Made by a program: the position numbers and the translations under genes. The notes beneath the pieces are model-generated. The model had not been told where the DNA came from and ran no database searches. It saw only the letters and a program-made list of their open reading frames with translations. A DNA stretch of 59,684 nt from an uncultured bacterium (GTDB lineage: Bacteria > Bacteroidota > Bacteroidia > Chitinophagales > Chitinophagaceae), in assembly GCA_903951405.1 (NCBI GenBank), contig CAJBBV010000168.1, forward strand, positions 1 to 59,684, in the 5' to 3' direction. Positions 39,607-49,022 of the stretch are shown here, piece after piece (positions within the stretch are counted from its first letter, which is position 1; every line of letters begins with the position of its first letter).

Positions 39607-41514
39607 ATGAAAACAAACCTCATTTTATTTATTTTATTAATAGGTACACAAGCCCTCGTTGCACAGCAATATAATCCTGATAATGTTTCAAAAAAGGCAG
39701 TGGCATTATACGAGAAAGCCATGACAAGCGCAGATGACTCGCGTTATCAAGAAGCCTTGGGTTTCATTGAAGAAGCGCTAAAAATTTATCCTTCGTATTT
39801 AGATGCCATTCTATCTAAAGCAGGAATACTTGGGGAAATGAAACGGTATAGTGAAGCGGCGCAGGCGTATGAATCTGCTTTGTTTTCAGACCCCGAATAT
39901 GCTAAAGAATATTATTTGCCTTATTCAATAAACTTAGCAGGGAAGGGCGACTTTGAAAAGTCACTTACGGCAGTTAATGTTTTTTTAAATCAACCAGGTC
40001 TAAACGAAACGTCCAAAAAAGCGGGTGAATACCGTAAGAAGAATCTTCTTTTTGCGTTGGATTATAAAAAGTCAAATACATACGATCAAACATTGATGGT
40101 GAATAATGCTGGCGACGCAGTTAACTCATCTGTGTCAGAGTATTTTCCTTCCTTAACCATTGATGGCAAGCGATTAATTTTTACGCGACGAGTGAATAAT
40201 AGTAATGAAGATTTTTATTCTAGTGAATGGTCAGCTAATAATTGGACTGTTTCTCAACCATTGGTGGGGTCCATCAATACCCCATTAAATGAAGGTGGGC
40301 AGCAAGTTTCGCAAGATGGTAAATGGCTTATTTATGTCGGCTGTAATTTTCCCGATAGTCATGGTGGTTGTGATATTTATTTATCTGCGTTAACCTCCGG
40401 CACCTGGGGCGCTCGTGAAAATTTAGGCACCGCCATCAATTCTGAATTTTGGGAATCTACTCCTTGTTTATCTCCAGATAAAAATGATTTGTATTTTTCT
40501 TCTAACAGATCAGGTGGATATGGCGCAAGTGATATTTACGTATCTCATCGATTGGCAAATGGCAAATGGTCTACCGCACAAAATCTTGGTCCAACAATTA
40601 ATACAGCTGGGGATGAGAGTTTTCCATTTATGCATGCAGACAATGAAACACTTTATTTCACGTCAAATGGATTGCAAGGGTATGGGGGAACTGATATTTT
40701 CATGACCAAAAAAGGATTAAACGATTTTGATAAACCTATAAATGTTGGTTATCCAATCAATACGATTGATAATGAAGGCAGTTTAATCGTTACTGCTGAT
40801 GGTAAGACAGCCTATTATGCAAGTGATCGATCTGATTCAAAAGGCGGATTGGATATTTATTCATTTGCATTGAGAGAGGGAATCCGTCCGGTGGAAACGT
40901 CGTGGGTTCAAGGCAGGGTCTATGACCAGAATACAAAAAGTGGATTGCAGGCTACGGTTGAATTGGTGGATGTGAAAACCAGGCGCATGGTAAGTCAAGT
41001 TCAAACCGATAGTGATGGAAACTACTTAACCACCTTACCCAAAGGCAAAACATATGCATTTAGCGTGAATAAAAAGGGATCACTTTTTTATTCTTCGCAA
41101 TTCGTTACATCTGATAGCAGCAGTGAAAAAAATCAATCTATTGACATCCCACTTCAAACTATAAGTGTTGGCGCTAATGTCGTATTGAAAAATATTTTCT
41201 TTAATTCAGGAAAGTTTGATTTGCTTCCTGAGTCTATTGTTGAGTTGGAAAAACTGATTAGCTTAATGAAGGAAAATCCTTCATTAAAAATTCAAATCAA
41301 TGGACATACTGATAATGTTGGTAAGGATGCCGACAATTTAATTTTGTCAGAAGCACGCGCTAAATCAGTAATCGCATACATCATTGCAAAAGGAATTCCT
41401 GATACCCGACTTTCATTTAAAGGAGTTGGTGCTTCTGCGCCTATTGCAAAAAATGATTCCGAGGAAGGACGCGCAATGAATCGACGTACTGAGGCTGTAG
41501 TAATTGCCAAGTAG
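39607..41514 (+). CDS. PorE-like TPR/PD40/carboxypeptidase-regulatory/OmpA domain protein
   Basis: N-terminal TPRs, PD40 repeats (LYFSSNRSGGYG, DIY), OmpA domain GHTDNVG...LSEARA...NRRTE. Confidence 0.88.
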   Translation: MKTNLILFILLIGTQALVAQQYNPDNVSKKAVALYEKAMTSADDSRYQEALGFIEEALKIYPSYLDAILSKAGILGEMKRYSEAAQAYESALFSDPEYAKEYYLPYSINLAGKGDFEKSLTAVNVFLNQPGLNETSKKAGEYRKKNLLFALDYKKSNTYDQTLMVNNAGDAVNSSVSEYFPSLTIDGKRLIFTRRVNNSNEDFYSSEWSANNWTVSQPLVGSINTPLNEGGQQVSQDGKWLIYVGCNFPDSHGGCDIYLSALTSGTWGARENLGTAINSEFWESTPCLSPDKNDLYFSSNRSGGYGASDIYVSHRLANGKWSTAQNLGPTINTAGDESFPFMHADNETLYFTSNGLQGYGGTDIFMTKKGLNDFDKPINVGYPINTIDNEGSLIVTADGKTAYYASDRSDSKGGLDIYSFALREGIRPVETSWVQGRVYDQNTKSGLQATVELVDVKTRRMVSQVQTDSDGNYLTTLPKGKTYAFSVNKKGSLFYSSQFVTSDSSSEKNQSIDIPLQTISVGANVVLKNIFFNSGKFDLLPESIVELEKLISLMKENPSLKIQINGHTDNVGKDADNLILSEARAKSVIAYIIAKGIPDTRLSFKGVGASAPIAKNDSEEGRAMNRRTEAVVIAK

Positions 41515-41614
41515 GCATCTCCGCTTCTACTGCCGTGTAAAAAACATTTTACAGCCGCTTTTTAAACCAAGATGCTAGGTAGGTCAAGCGTAATTTACAC
41601 CATACCAATTTTCA

Positions 41615-42730
41615 TTGGCTATGGACGAAGAATCGCTTTTGTATCATCTTGCGCTTACTCAAATACCTCAAATAGGGGATATTCATATTGGGTTAATGCT
41701 AAAGTATTTTGAGCACCCAAAGTTCATTTTTAAAGCAAGGCGAAGGGATCTAGAACATATTTCAGGTATAGGATCACTGAGGGCAAATTATATAAAATCG
41801 TTTCATGACTTTGACAGGCTAAAAGCTGAACTTGATTTTGCTCACAAGAGTAATGTTCAACTTTTGGTTAAAGGGACTACCTCTTATCCTTCAACGCTTC
41901 AGGAATGTATTGATTCGCCACATGTCTTGTATTATAAAGGAACGGCTGATCTTAAATTACCTAAATTAGTTAGTGTAGTTGGCACCAGATCGCCGACTGA
42001 ATATGGCAGAGAGCGAACGGCAGAACTTATTGCTTCACTTAAAAACCAATCGGTAACCATCGTGAGTGGACTTGCTTATGGGATAGACACTGTAGCACAT
42101 AGGGAATCATTAAAAAATAGTATTCCAACCATTGCTGTATTGGGTCATGGATTTAAGCATATTTATCCATACGCAAACAGAACCCTCGCTTGCGAAATGT
42201 TAACAGCAGGAGGATTGCTGACAGAATTTATGCATTATGTAAAACCAGATAAACAAAATTTTCCTAGGCGAAATCGAATCGTTGCAGGATTATCCGATGT
42301 GGTGGTGGTGATGGAGAGTGGCGCAAAAGGGGGTAGTTTAATTACAGCTGATGTGGCGAACAGTTATAATAAAGATGTATTGGCTTATCCAGGAAGGGCA
42401 AATGACATTCAAAGCATCGGGTGTAATCAACTTATTCGAACAAATAAGGCTAATTTGATCACATGTGGTCAAGAACTCATCGATTTTATGAACTGGGTTC
42501 CAGCAAATGTTGACCGAAAAGCAATTCAGGTTGAATTGTTTTTGGCTTTGGAAGAGAATGAAAGGCTGATTTATGAGATTATTGCCGAAAAACAGCCTGT
42601 TTCGTTGGATGATCTCAGTATTCTAACTGAATTGAGGCCAAGTATATTGGCAGCCATGGTGTTATCCTTGGAAATGAAGAATTTGATCCATCCTGTCCCC
42701 GGAAAATTGTATAAAACGGCTTCGCGGTAG
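41615..42730 (+). CDS. dprA: DNA-processing protein DprA
   Basis: Motifs [39 protein letters not shown]; C-terminal winged helix. Start may be ATG 41621. Confidence 0.96.
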   Translation: MAMDEESLLYHLALTQIPQIGDIHIGLMLKYFEHPKFIFKARRRDLEHISGIGSLRANYIKSFHDFDRLKAELDFAHKSNVQLLVKGTTSYPSTLQECIDSPHVLYYKGTADLKLPKLVSVVGTRSPTEYGRERTAELIASLKNQSVTIVSGLAYGIDTVAHRESLKNSIPTIAVLGHGFKHIYPYANRTLACEMLTAGGLLTEFMHYVKPDKQNFPRRNRIVAGLSDVVVVMESGAKGGSLITADVANSYNKDVLAYPGRANDIQSIGCNQLIRTNKANLITCGQELIDFMNWVPANVDRKAIQVELFLALEENERLIYEIIAEKQPVSLDDLSILTELRPSILAAMVLSLEMKNLIHPVPGKLYKTASR

Positions 42731-42758
42731 ATTTTTTAAAAATTTCTTATCTTCGCTC

Positions 42759-44240
42759 ATGGCAACAAGAACTCGACAATTACCCCCCAAATTTTTTGGT
42801 GAAGGTTTGACCTTCGACGATGTACTCCTAGTACCTGCCTATTCTGAGGTATTGCCTAGGGAAGTAAACATTGTTACGCACCTTACAAAGGATATTATAT
42901 TAAACCTTCCATTGCTTTCAGCAGCTATGGATACTGTAACAGAAGCGCCTTTAGCGATTGCCCTAGCACGTGAAGGAGGTATTGGTATTCTACATAAAAA
43001 TATGTCGATTGATCAGCAGGCTGAACAAGTAAGGCGTGTAAAACGAAGTGAAAGCGGGTTGATTATCGACCCAATCACCCTTCAAGTAGATGCAACGATC
43101 GCAGATGCATTAAAACTCATGAAGGAAAATAGAATTGGAGGTATTCCAATCGTTAATGCCGGTAACAAATTAGTAGGTATTCTAACGAATAGGGATCTTC
43201 GATTTGAAACGAATAAGAGAAAGAAAGTAAGTGAGGTGATGACTTCAGAAAACCTAGTTACTGCTCCCGAAGGAACAGATCTTAGAAAGGCTGAAAAAAT
43301 TCTACAAAATTATAAAATTGAAAAATTACCTGTAGTAGGTAAAAATGGTCAACTGATCGGACTTATTACCTATCGTGATATTCTTCAGCTGCAAAGTTGT
43401 CCGAATGCAGTCAAAGACGATTTTGGTAGATTGAGAGTAGGAGCTGCATTAGGTATTACGAAAGATATGCTTGATCGTACTGCAGCACTTCAACATATTG
43501 GTGTGGATGTGGTTTGTTTGGATAGTGCACACGGGCATACTAAAGGCGTTATTGATTCATTGAAATTGCTTAGAAAAAATTTCAAGAAACTAAATATCAT
43601 TGCAGGAAATGTGGCCACAGCTGCAGGTGCAAAAGCCCTAGCTGACGCAGGTGCTGATGGTGTAAAAGTGGGCATTGGCCCTGGTTCTATTTGCACCACA
43701 CGCATAGTGGCAGGTGCAGGTGTTCCTCAAATTACAGCCATTCTTGAAGCATCTTCTGCATTGAAGAAAATGAATGTTCCAATCATCGCAGATGGTGGTA
43801 TTCGCTACACAGGCGATTTTGTAAAAGCATTGGCAGCAGGTGCTTCAGCGGTTATGATGGGAAGTGTTTTTGCAGGTGTAGAAGAAAGCCCGGGTGAAAC
43901 CATCATTTACGAAGGAAGAAAATTCAAGCAATACCGTGGCATGGGATCAATCGGCGCAATGCAACAGGGTAGCAGTGACCGTTATTTTCAAGACGTTGAA
44001 GATGGATTGAAAAAACTAGTTCCTGAAGGTATTGAAGGTCGAGTTCCATATAAGGGAAGTTTAAGTGAGGTGATTACGCAATATGTAGGTGGATTAAGAG
44101 CAGGTATGGGATACTGTGGAGCAAAAAATATTCATGTGTTGCAAGATGCACAGTTTATCCGCATTACTGCAGCCGGTATGAAAGAAAGTCATGCACATGA
44201 TGTTGCCATCACGAAAGAATCTCCCAATTACAGCCGTTAA
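42759..44240 (+). CDS. guaB: IMP dehydrogenase
   Basis: [13 protein letters not shown] pair, [24 protein letters not shown]. Confidence 0.98.
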   Translation: MATRTRQLPPKFFGEGLTFDDVLLVPAYSEVLPREVNIVTHLTKDIILNLPLLSAAMDTVTEAPLAIALAREGGIGILHKNMSIDQQAEQVRRVKRSESGLIIDPITLQVDATIADALKLMKENRIGGIPIVNAGNKLVGILTNRDLRFETNKRKKVSEVMTSENLVTAPEGTDLRKAEKILQNYKIEKLPVVGKNGQLIGLITYRDILQLQSCPNAVKDDFGRLRVGAALGITKDMLDRTAALQHIGVDVVCLDSAHGHTKGVIDSLKLLRKNFKKLNIIAGNVATAAGAKALADAGADGVKVGIGPGSICTTRIVAGAGVPQITAILEASSALKKMNVPIIADGGIRYTGDFVKALAAGASAVMMGSVFAGVEESPGETIIYEGRKFKQYRGMGSIGAMQQGSSDRYFQDVEDGLKKLVPEGIEGRVPYKGSLSEVITQYVGGLRAGMGYCGAKNIHVLQDAQFIRITAAGMKESHAHDVAITKESPNYSR

Positions 44241-44249
44241 TTTTTTTTC

Positions 44250-45440
44250 ATGAAGGGCATCAAACGTGCGATTTCCATTTTTGTTTTTGGATGCATTATG
44301 ATGCATGCATCTGCTCAGTCTGATAGCTGTAGACTTCGAATAAGCTTACTTACCTGTAGTCCGGGTTCAGAATTGTATTCCGTTTTTGGACATAGTGCTT
44401 TACGCATCGTCGATTCTACAGTGGGTACAGATATCGTATACAATTTCGGGACATTCAATTTCGGTGATCCTGATTTCTATTCAAAGTTTGTGATGGGGCG
44501 TCTAATGTATTATGTAGACCAAGAAACGTATTCAAGTTTCAAGGCTGAATATGAATACGAGCGACGTGGTATTACTGAACAGATCTTGTCTTTTAGCTGT
44601 GCAGAAAAAAAATCAATTCAAGAAAAACTTTTCATTAATGTTCGCGAAGAAAACAAGTATTACAAATATGATTTTCTGAAAGACAATTGTACTACTAGAC
44701 TCCGGGATATCATTTTTGGTGTTGGAAACCAACAATCCTATCGTGCCCAATTTGCTGCCAAAACCAACGCAAGCTACCGTGACTATTTGCATGTCTATTT
44801 AGATAGGGCTAATATGCCATGGACAAAATTAGGTATTGATTTGTTGATTGGTTTAGATGGAGAAGATCGAATGAATTCGAATGAAGCCATGTATTTGCCC
44901 GACTACCTGATGAAAGGACTTTCTGCAGCAAATTGGCGCGGGGGCAGAATGGTTTTAGCAGAAAATATATTACTCCCTGATCTTCAGCCTAAATTGAATA
45001 GTAATCCTTTATTCCAAACGCCACTGTTTTTTTTCTTACTCCTCTTTGTTTTTTATATAGTGATTGGAAGCATGAAGTCAGTTCGATTCGGAAAAATAAA
45101 CAGAGTACTAGATGTATTTCTTTTTGCAGTCACAGGCATACTTGGTTTTATTTTATTATTTATGTGGGTAGGAACGGACCACATGAGCTTTCGACATAAT
45201 GTTAATCTGATCTGGGCTATGCCATTAAACTTAGTGGCAGTCTTTTTTATGGGGAATAGAAATGTGAAATGTAAAAAGTATTTTTTCTACTACAGCATCC
45301 TCGTTCTTTTTATTATCCCTTTGATTTTCATCCTGCCAGAAGCAATTAATCCAACATTATATCCACTTATTATATTGTTGTCTTATAGGGCATGGATTAT
45401 AGGCAGAAATGATAAGAAGACGTTAAAGCAATCCCTTTAA
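44250..45440 (+). CDS. DUF4105 / Lnb-type lipoprotein N-acyltransferase domain membrane protein
   Basis: SLLTCSPG, FGHSALR, YNFGTF, YDFLKDNCTTR (His/Cys catalytic candidates); C-terminal TM helices. Confidence 0.82.
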   Translation: MKGIKRAISIFVFGCIMMHASAQSDSCRLRISLLTCSPGSELYSVFGHSALRIVDSTVGTDIVYNFGTFNFGDPDFYSKFVMGRLMYYVDQETYSSFKAEYEYERRGITEQILSFSCAEKKSIQEKLFINVREENKYYKYDFLKDNCTTRLRDIIFGVGNQQSYRAQFAAKTNASYRDYLHVYLDRANMPWTKLGIDLLIGLDGEDRMNSNEAMYLPDYLMKGLSAANWRGGRMVLAENILLPDLQPKLNSNPLFQTPLFFFLLLFVFYIVIGSMKSVRFGKINRVLDVFLFAVTGILGFILLFMWVGTDHMSFRHNVNLIWAMPLNLVAVFFMGNRNVKCKKYFFYYSILVLFIIPLIFILPEAINPTLYPLIILLSYRAWIIGRNDKKTLKQSL

Positions 45441-45531
45441 ATGGATAAAGTTTTTTTTTGAGTATAAATAAGGCAACAAAGATTTAATTTTAAGTCTTGA
45501 TGTCTTTTCGTTTGCCGTTAAACTATTCTTT

Positions 45532-48132
45532 TTGAAAAAGCAGATTACTCTTTTTTTTATTCTTTTGGTATCTGTGCTTCCTGCATTAGCAAAACACATT
45601 GCAGGGGGTGAAATGACCTATACCTATTTGGGTACTGGTAGTTCTGCTACAAAGGGGCTATATAGAATAACATTAAAGCTATACCGAGATTGCGATAGCG
45701 ACGGAGCTCAGTTAGATGCAGCGGCACGCATAACTATATATCCAGCCGGTTCAACTGTCTTTGAATTTAATCAAGACGTTAGACTAGATCGTATTGAAAC
45801 AGTGCGAAAGTCTAAACCTGATGCATGTATAAATAACCCTCCTGAAATCTGCTATCAGATTGCCTATTATAACGCTACGGTTGAACTTGCTTTTCTTCCT
45901 AAAGGTTATGTTGTTTCCTATCAGCGTTGTTGTAGGGTAGATGATATTTTCAATATAACTCAGTCTGAAGATGTGGGGGTGACGTATACAACTAGCATTC
46001 CTGGTACAGCCGATGTAGCAACTGGCCCTGCTAATAGTACTCCTGTTTTCAATACAAGTGATACCGTGATTATTTGTTCTAATAATTACTTTACCTATGA
46101 TTTTGGTGCATCAGATGCTGATAATGACCAATTGGAATTTAAATTTGCAAATGCCTTTGATGGTGCAACAATGGATTGGCCAATGCCTGATACGGCTAAT
46201 GCGCCACCGTATAAGACTGTTGCATATAACTTTGGATTTTCTGCTCAATCTCCACTAGGTCCGAATGTCACCATTGATCCTATAACAGGTTTTATTTCAG
46301 GAGTAGCTCCTGTTCAAGGGGTTTATGCACTTACTGTTACAGTTGTAGAACGAAGGAATGGCAGTATACTAAACATTCACCGAAAAGATCTTCACTTGCT
46401 AGTATCTAATTGCAGTATTGCCAAAGCAGAGTTGAATTCAAATTACATCAACTGTGAAGGGTCAACATTGAGTTTTCAAAATTTAAGCAATAGCCCATTG
46501 ATCAAATCGTACAATTGGGATTTTGGCATATCCACCGCTGTTGATGATACGTCAATACTCTCAAATCCAGCCTATACCTATAGTTTGCCAGGTGAATATA
46601 CCGTACGACTTATTACAAATAAAAATGATATCTGTTCTGATACTGCTTATGCTACTGCCAAAATTTGGCCTGGTTTTACAGCCAATTTCAATGCCGTGCA
46701 AACCTGTGTTGGTGTTCCATTTGCTTTTAATGATTCATCTAAAACTGTTTATGGTTCATTGAATAAATGGCATTGGGATTTTGGGGATGCTTCTGTTTCT
46801 ACAGACACTTCGTCGCTTAAAAATTCTTCATATATATATTCAACCAAAGGAACCTATAGTGTTACGTTGATTGCTGGAAGTGATAGGGGATGTCTTGATA
46901 CCTTGGTTAAATCAATTCTTGTTGACGATAAACCATACCTAAAAATAAGTGGGGATACAATCATGTGTACTCAAGACGGGGCACTTCGATTAAATGCAAT
47001 TGGAACTGGAACGTATCAATGGACTGGCGAGAATATTATTGGAAGTTCAACTGTTCAAAATCCACTGGTTAGTCCAACCGTGCCAACCCGATATAATGTT
47101 ACAGTAACTCAGGCCCCTGGGTGTATTAATATTGCAAGTGTTTTTGTTGATGTTCGATCTTTTGTCAGCTTAGATGCAGGAAATGACACTACAATTTGTT
47201 TAGGAGATAGTATTTTATTGAATCCAATTTCGGATGGAATATCCTATGCATGGACACCTATATCGACTGTTACCTCTCCAACATTGAAAAAAACCTGGGC
47301 TAGGCCTACTGAAACTACTCGGTATGCAGTACTGGCTAAGATTGGAACTTGTCAGGCCTTGGATGGATTTGTTGTTACTACTGTTCCCTATCCAGCAGCC
47401 AATGCAGGGATGGATACGTTAATTTGTTTTGGAAAGCAAGTTCAGTTAAATGCTTCTGGAGGACTTCAGTATTTATGGTATCCTTACGGAACGCTAGATG
47501 ATAATACATTAAAGGACCCTATCGCATCACCCATTTCAACTACTTCATATGTAGTAGGAGTATTTGATAATAAAGGATGCCCCAAGCCGGCTTATGATAC
47601 CGTTTTGGTAGAAGTAGTGCCACCGGTAATAGCCAATGCAGGAAACGATACGGCTGTTGTGATAGGACAACCGCTGCAATTAAATGCACAAGGAGGTCAA
47701 CAGTTTCAGTGGTTACCACCAGATTTTTTATCAAATGCTGGTATCTCAAATCCTATTGCCCGATTAAATAGTGATATTCAATACATCGTAAAAGTATCTA
47801 CTCGAGGAAGTTGTTTTGCTTATGATACGATGAATGTGAAGGTATATAAAACACCTCCAGAGATTTTTGTCCCAACAGCCTTTACACCTAATGGCGATGG
47901 CTTAAACGATAATCTAGTTCCCATTCCCGTCGGCATTATATCCATTGAATATTTCAAAGTATATAATCGATATGGCGAGTTGGTGTTCAGCACCAGCTCA
48001 ATGGGGAAGGGGTGGAATGGCGTTTATAAAGGAAGAGATCAAGGAAATGAATCTTTCGTTTGGCAAGTGCTTGGTAAAGATTATCTCGGTAAGCCTTTAT
48101 ATAAGAAAGGAGAATCAACCTTGATTCGTTAA
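45532..48132 (+). CDS. PKD-domain T9SS type-B cargo protein
   Basis: N-terminal HIAGGEMTY...LYRDC, YQRCCR; WDFG PKD repeats; C-terminal FVPTAFTPNGDGLND...YNRYGELVF...KGESTLIR. TTG start. Confidence 0.92.
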   Translation: MKKQITLFFILLVSVLPALAKHIAGGEMTYTYLGTGSSATKGLYRITLKLYRDCDSDGAQLDAAARITIYPAGSTVFEFNQDVRLDRIETVRKSKPDACINNPPEICYQIAYYNATVELAFLPKGYVVSYQRCCRVDDIFNITQSEDVGVTYTTSIPGTADVATGPANSTPVFNTSDTVIICSNNYFTYDFGASDADNDQLEFKFANAFDGATMDWPMPDTANAPPYKTVAYNFGFSAQSPLGPNVTIDPITGFISGVAPVQGVYALTVTVVERRNGSILNIHRKDLHLLVSNCSIAKAELNSNYINCEGSTLSFQNLSNSPLIKSYNWDFGISTAVDDTSILSNPAYTYSLPGEYTVRLITNKNDICSDTAYATAKIWPGFTANFNAVQTCVGVPFAFNDSSKTVYGSLNKWHWDFGDASVSTDTSSLKNSSYIYSTKGTYSVTLIAGSDRGCLDTLVKSILVDDKPYLKISGDTIMCTQDGALRLNAIGTGTYQWTGENIIGSSTVQNPLVSPTVPTRYNVTVTQAPGCINIASVFVDVRSFVSLDAGNDTTICLGDSILLNPISDGISYAWTPISTVTSPTLKKTWARPTETTRYAVLAKIGTCQALDGFVVTTVPYPAANAGMDTLICFGKQVQLNASGGLQYLWYPYGTLDDNTLKDPIASPISTTSYVVGVFDNKGCPKPAYDTVLVEVVPPVIANAGNDTAVVIGQPLQLNAQGGQQFQWLPPDFLSNAGISNPIARLNSDIQYIVKVSTRGSCFAYDTMNVKVYKTPPEIFVPTAFTPNGDGLNDNLVPIPVGIISIEYFKVYNRYGELVFSTSSMGKGWNGVYKGRDQGNESFVWQVLGKDYLGKPLYKKGESTLIR

Positions 48133-48184
48133 TATAGATTGAATTTTTTTAATCTCATTTGAATTACTCAATAGTAAGAATTGT

Positions 48185-48937
48185 ATGAAAAGAAAAGTAT
48201 TGATAACTGGCGCTAGCTCTGGTTTCGGAAAGTCTATTGCACAAAAATTTGCTGCTTCTGGGGACGATTTATTTATTACGGGGAGAAGAGTTGAATTGCT
48301 TAATGAACTCAAAGAGGAGCTAATTGCAAGCTATGGCGTATCAGTAACAGTGCTGGTTTTTGATGTTCAAAAAAGAGAAGATGTATTTTCTGCCTTATTC
48401 AACAATCCTGATTTAGTAGATTTAGATATTCTTGTTAATAATGCTGGACTCGCATTAGGACGTGATTTATTCGACGAGGCCAATATGGATGATTGGGAAA
48501 CGATGATTGATACGAATGTGAAAGGCTTGCTTTATGTTACAAAAGCAGTTCTACCTAATTTTATAAAAAGAGGGAAGGGCCATATAATCAACATTGGTTC
48601 TACTGCAGGAAAGGAAGTGTATGAGCGTGGTAATGTGTATTGCGCAACAAAAACCTCTGTCGAAGTATTAAGTCAAGCCATGCGAATTGATCTATTGCGA
48701 CATAAGATAAAAGTGACTGTCGTTCATCCTGGTGCAGCAGACACTGAATTCTCTATTGTGCGGTTTAAAGGAAATGAAGAAAAAGCTAAATCTGTTTACG
48801 ATGGCTATACTCCACTATATGCTGATGATGTAGCTGATACCGTTCACTATTGCGCTAACCTACCTGAACATGTATGCATTAATAGCTTAGTGATGACATG
48901 TACTTCACAAGCAAATTCGATGTATTTGTTTAAATAG
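48185..48937 (+). CDS. SDR oxidoreductase (YdfG-like)
   Basis: Motifs ITGASSGFG, LVNNAGLALG, YCATK, TEFSIVRFKG. Confidence 0.92.
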   Translation: MKRKVLITGASSGFGKSIAQKFAASGDDLFITGRRVELLNELKEELIASYGVSVTVLVFDVQKREDVFSALFNNPDLVDLDILVNNAGLALGRDLFDEANMDDWETMIDTNVKGLLYVTKAVLPNFIKRGKGHIINIGSTAGKEVYERGNVYCATKTSVEVLSQAMRIDLLRHKIKVTVVHPGAADTEFSIVRFKGNEEKAKSVYDGYTPLYADDVADTVHYCANLPEHVCINSLVMTCTSQANSMYLFK

Positions 48938-48965
48938 ATGTTAGTAGTTAGATGTTAGACGTTAG
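48938..48965 (+). repeat. Heptamer array NNGTTAG x4
   Basis: ATGTTAG TAGTTAG ATGTTAG ACGTTAG, starting immediately after the SDR TAG stop. Confidence 0.93.
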
Positions 48966-48979
48966 GCCTTTTGCTGTTT

Positions 48980-49021
48980 CTAACTCCTAACCCCTAACTC
49001 CTAACCCCTAACTCCTAACCC
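48980..49021 (+). repeat. Heptamer array (CTAACTC CTAACCC)x3
   Basis: A perfect 14-bp unit repeated three times, ending 1 nt from the sprA stop codon. Confidence 0.96.
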
Positions 49022-49022
49022 C

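Noticed and set aside
48980-49021. Eukaryotic telomere contamination (CCCTAA-like sequence)
   Set aside because: The units are alternating 7-mers over only 42 bp, embedded between intact bacterial genes, and related degenerate arrays occur elsewhere in the window.
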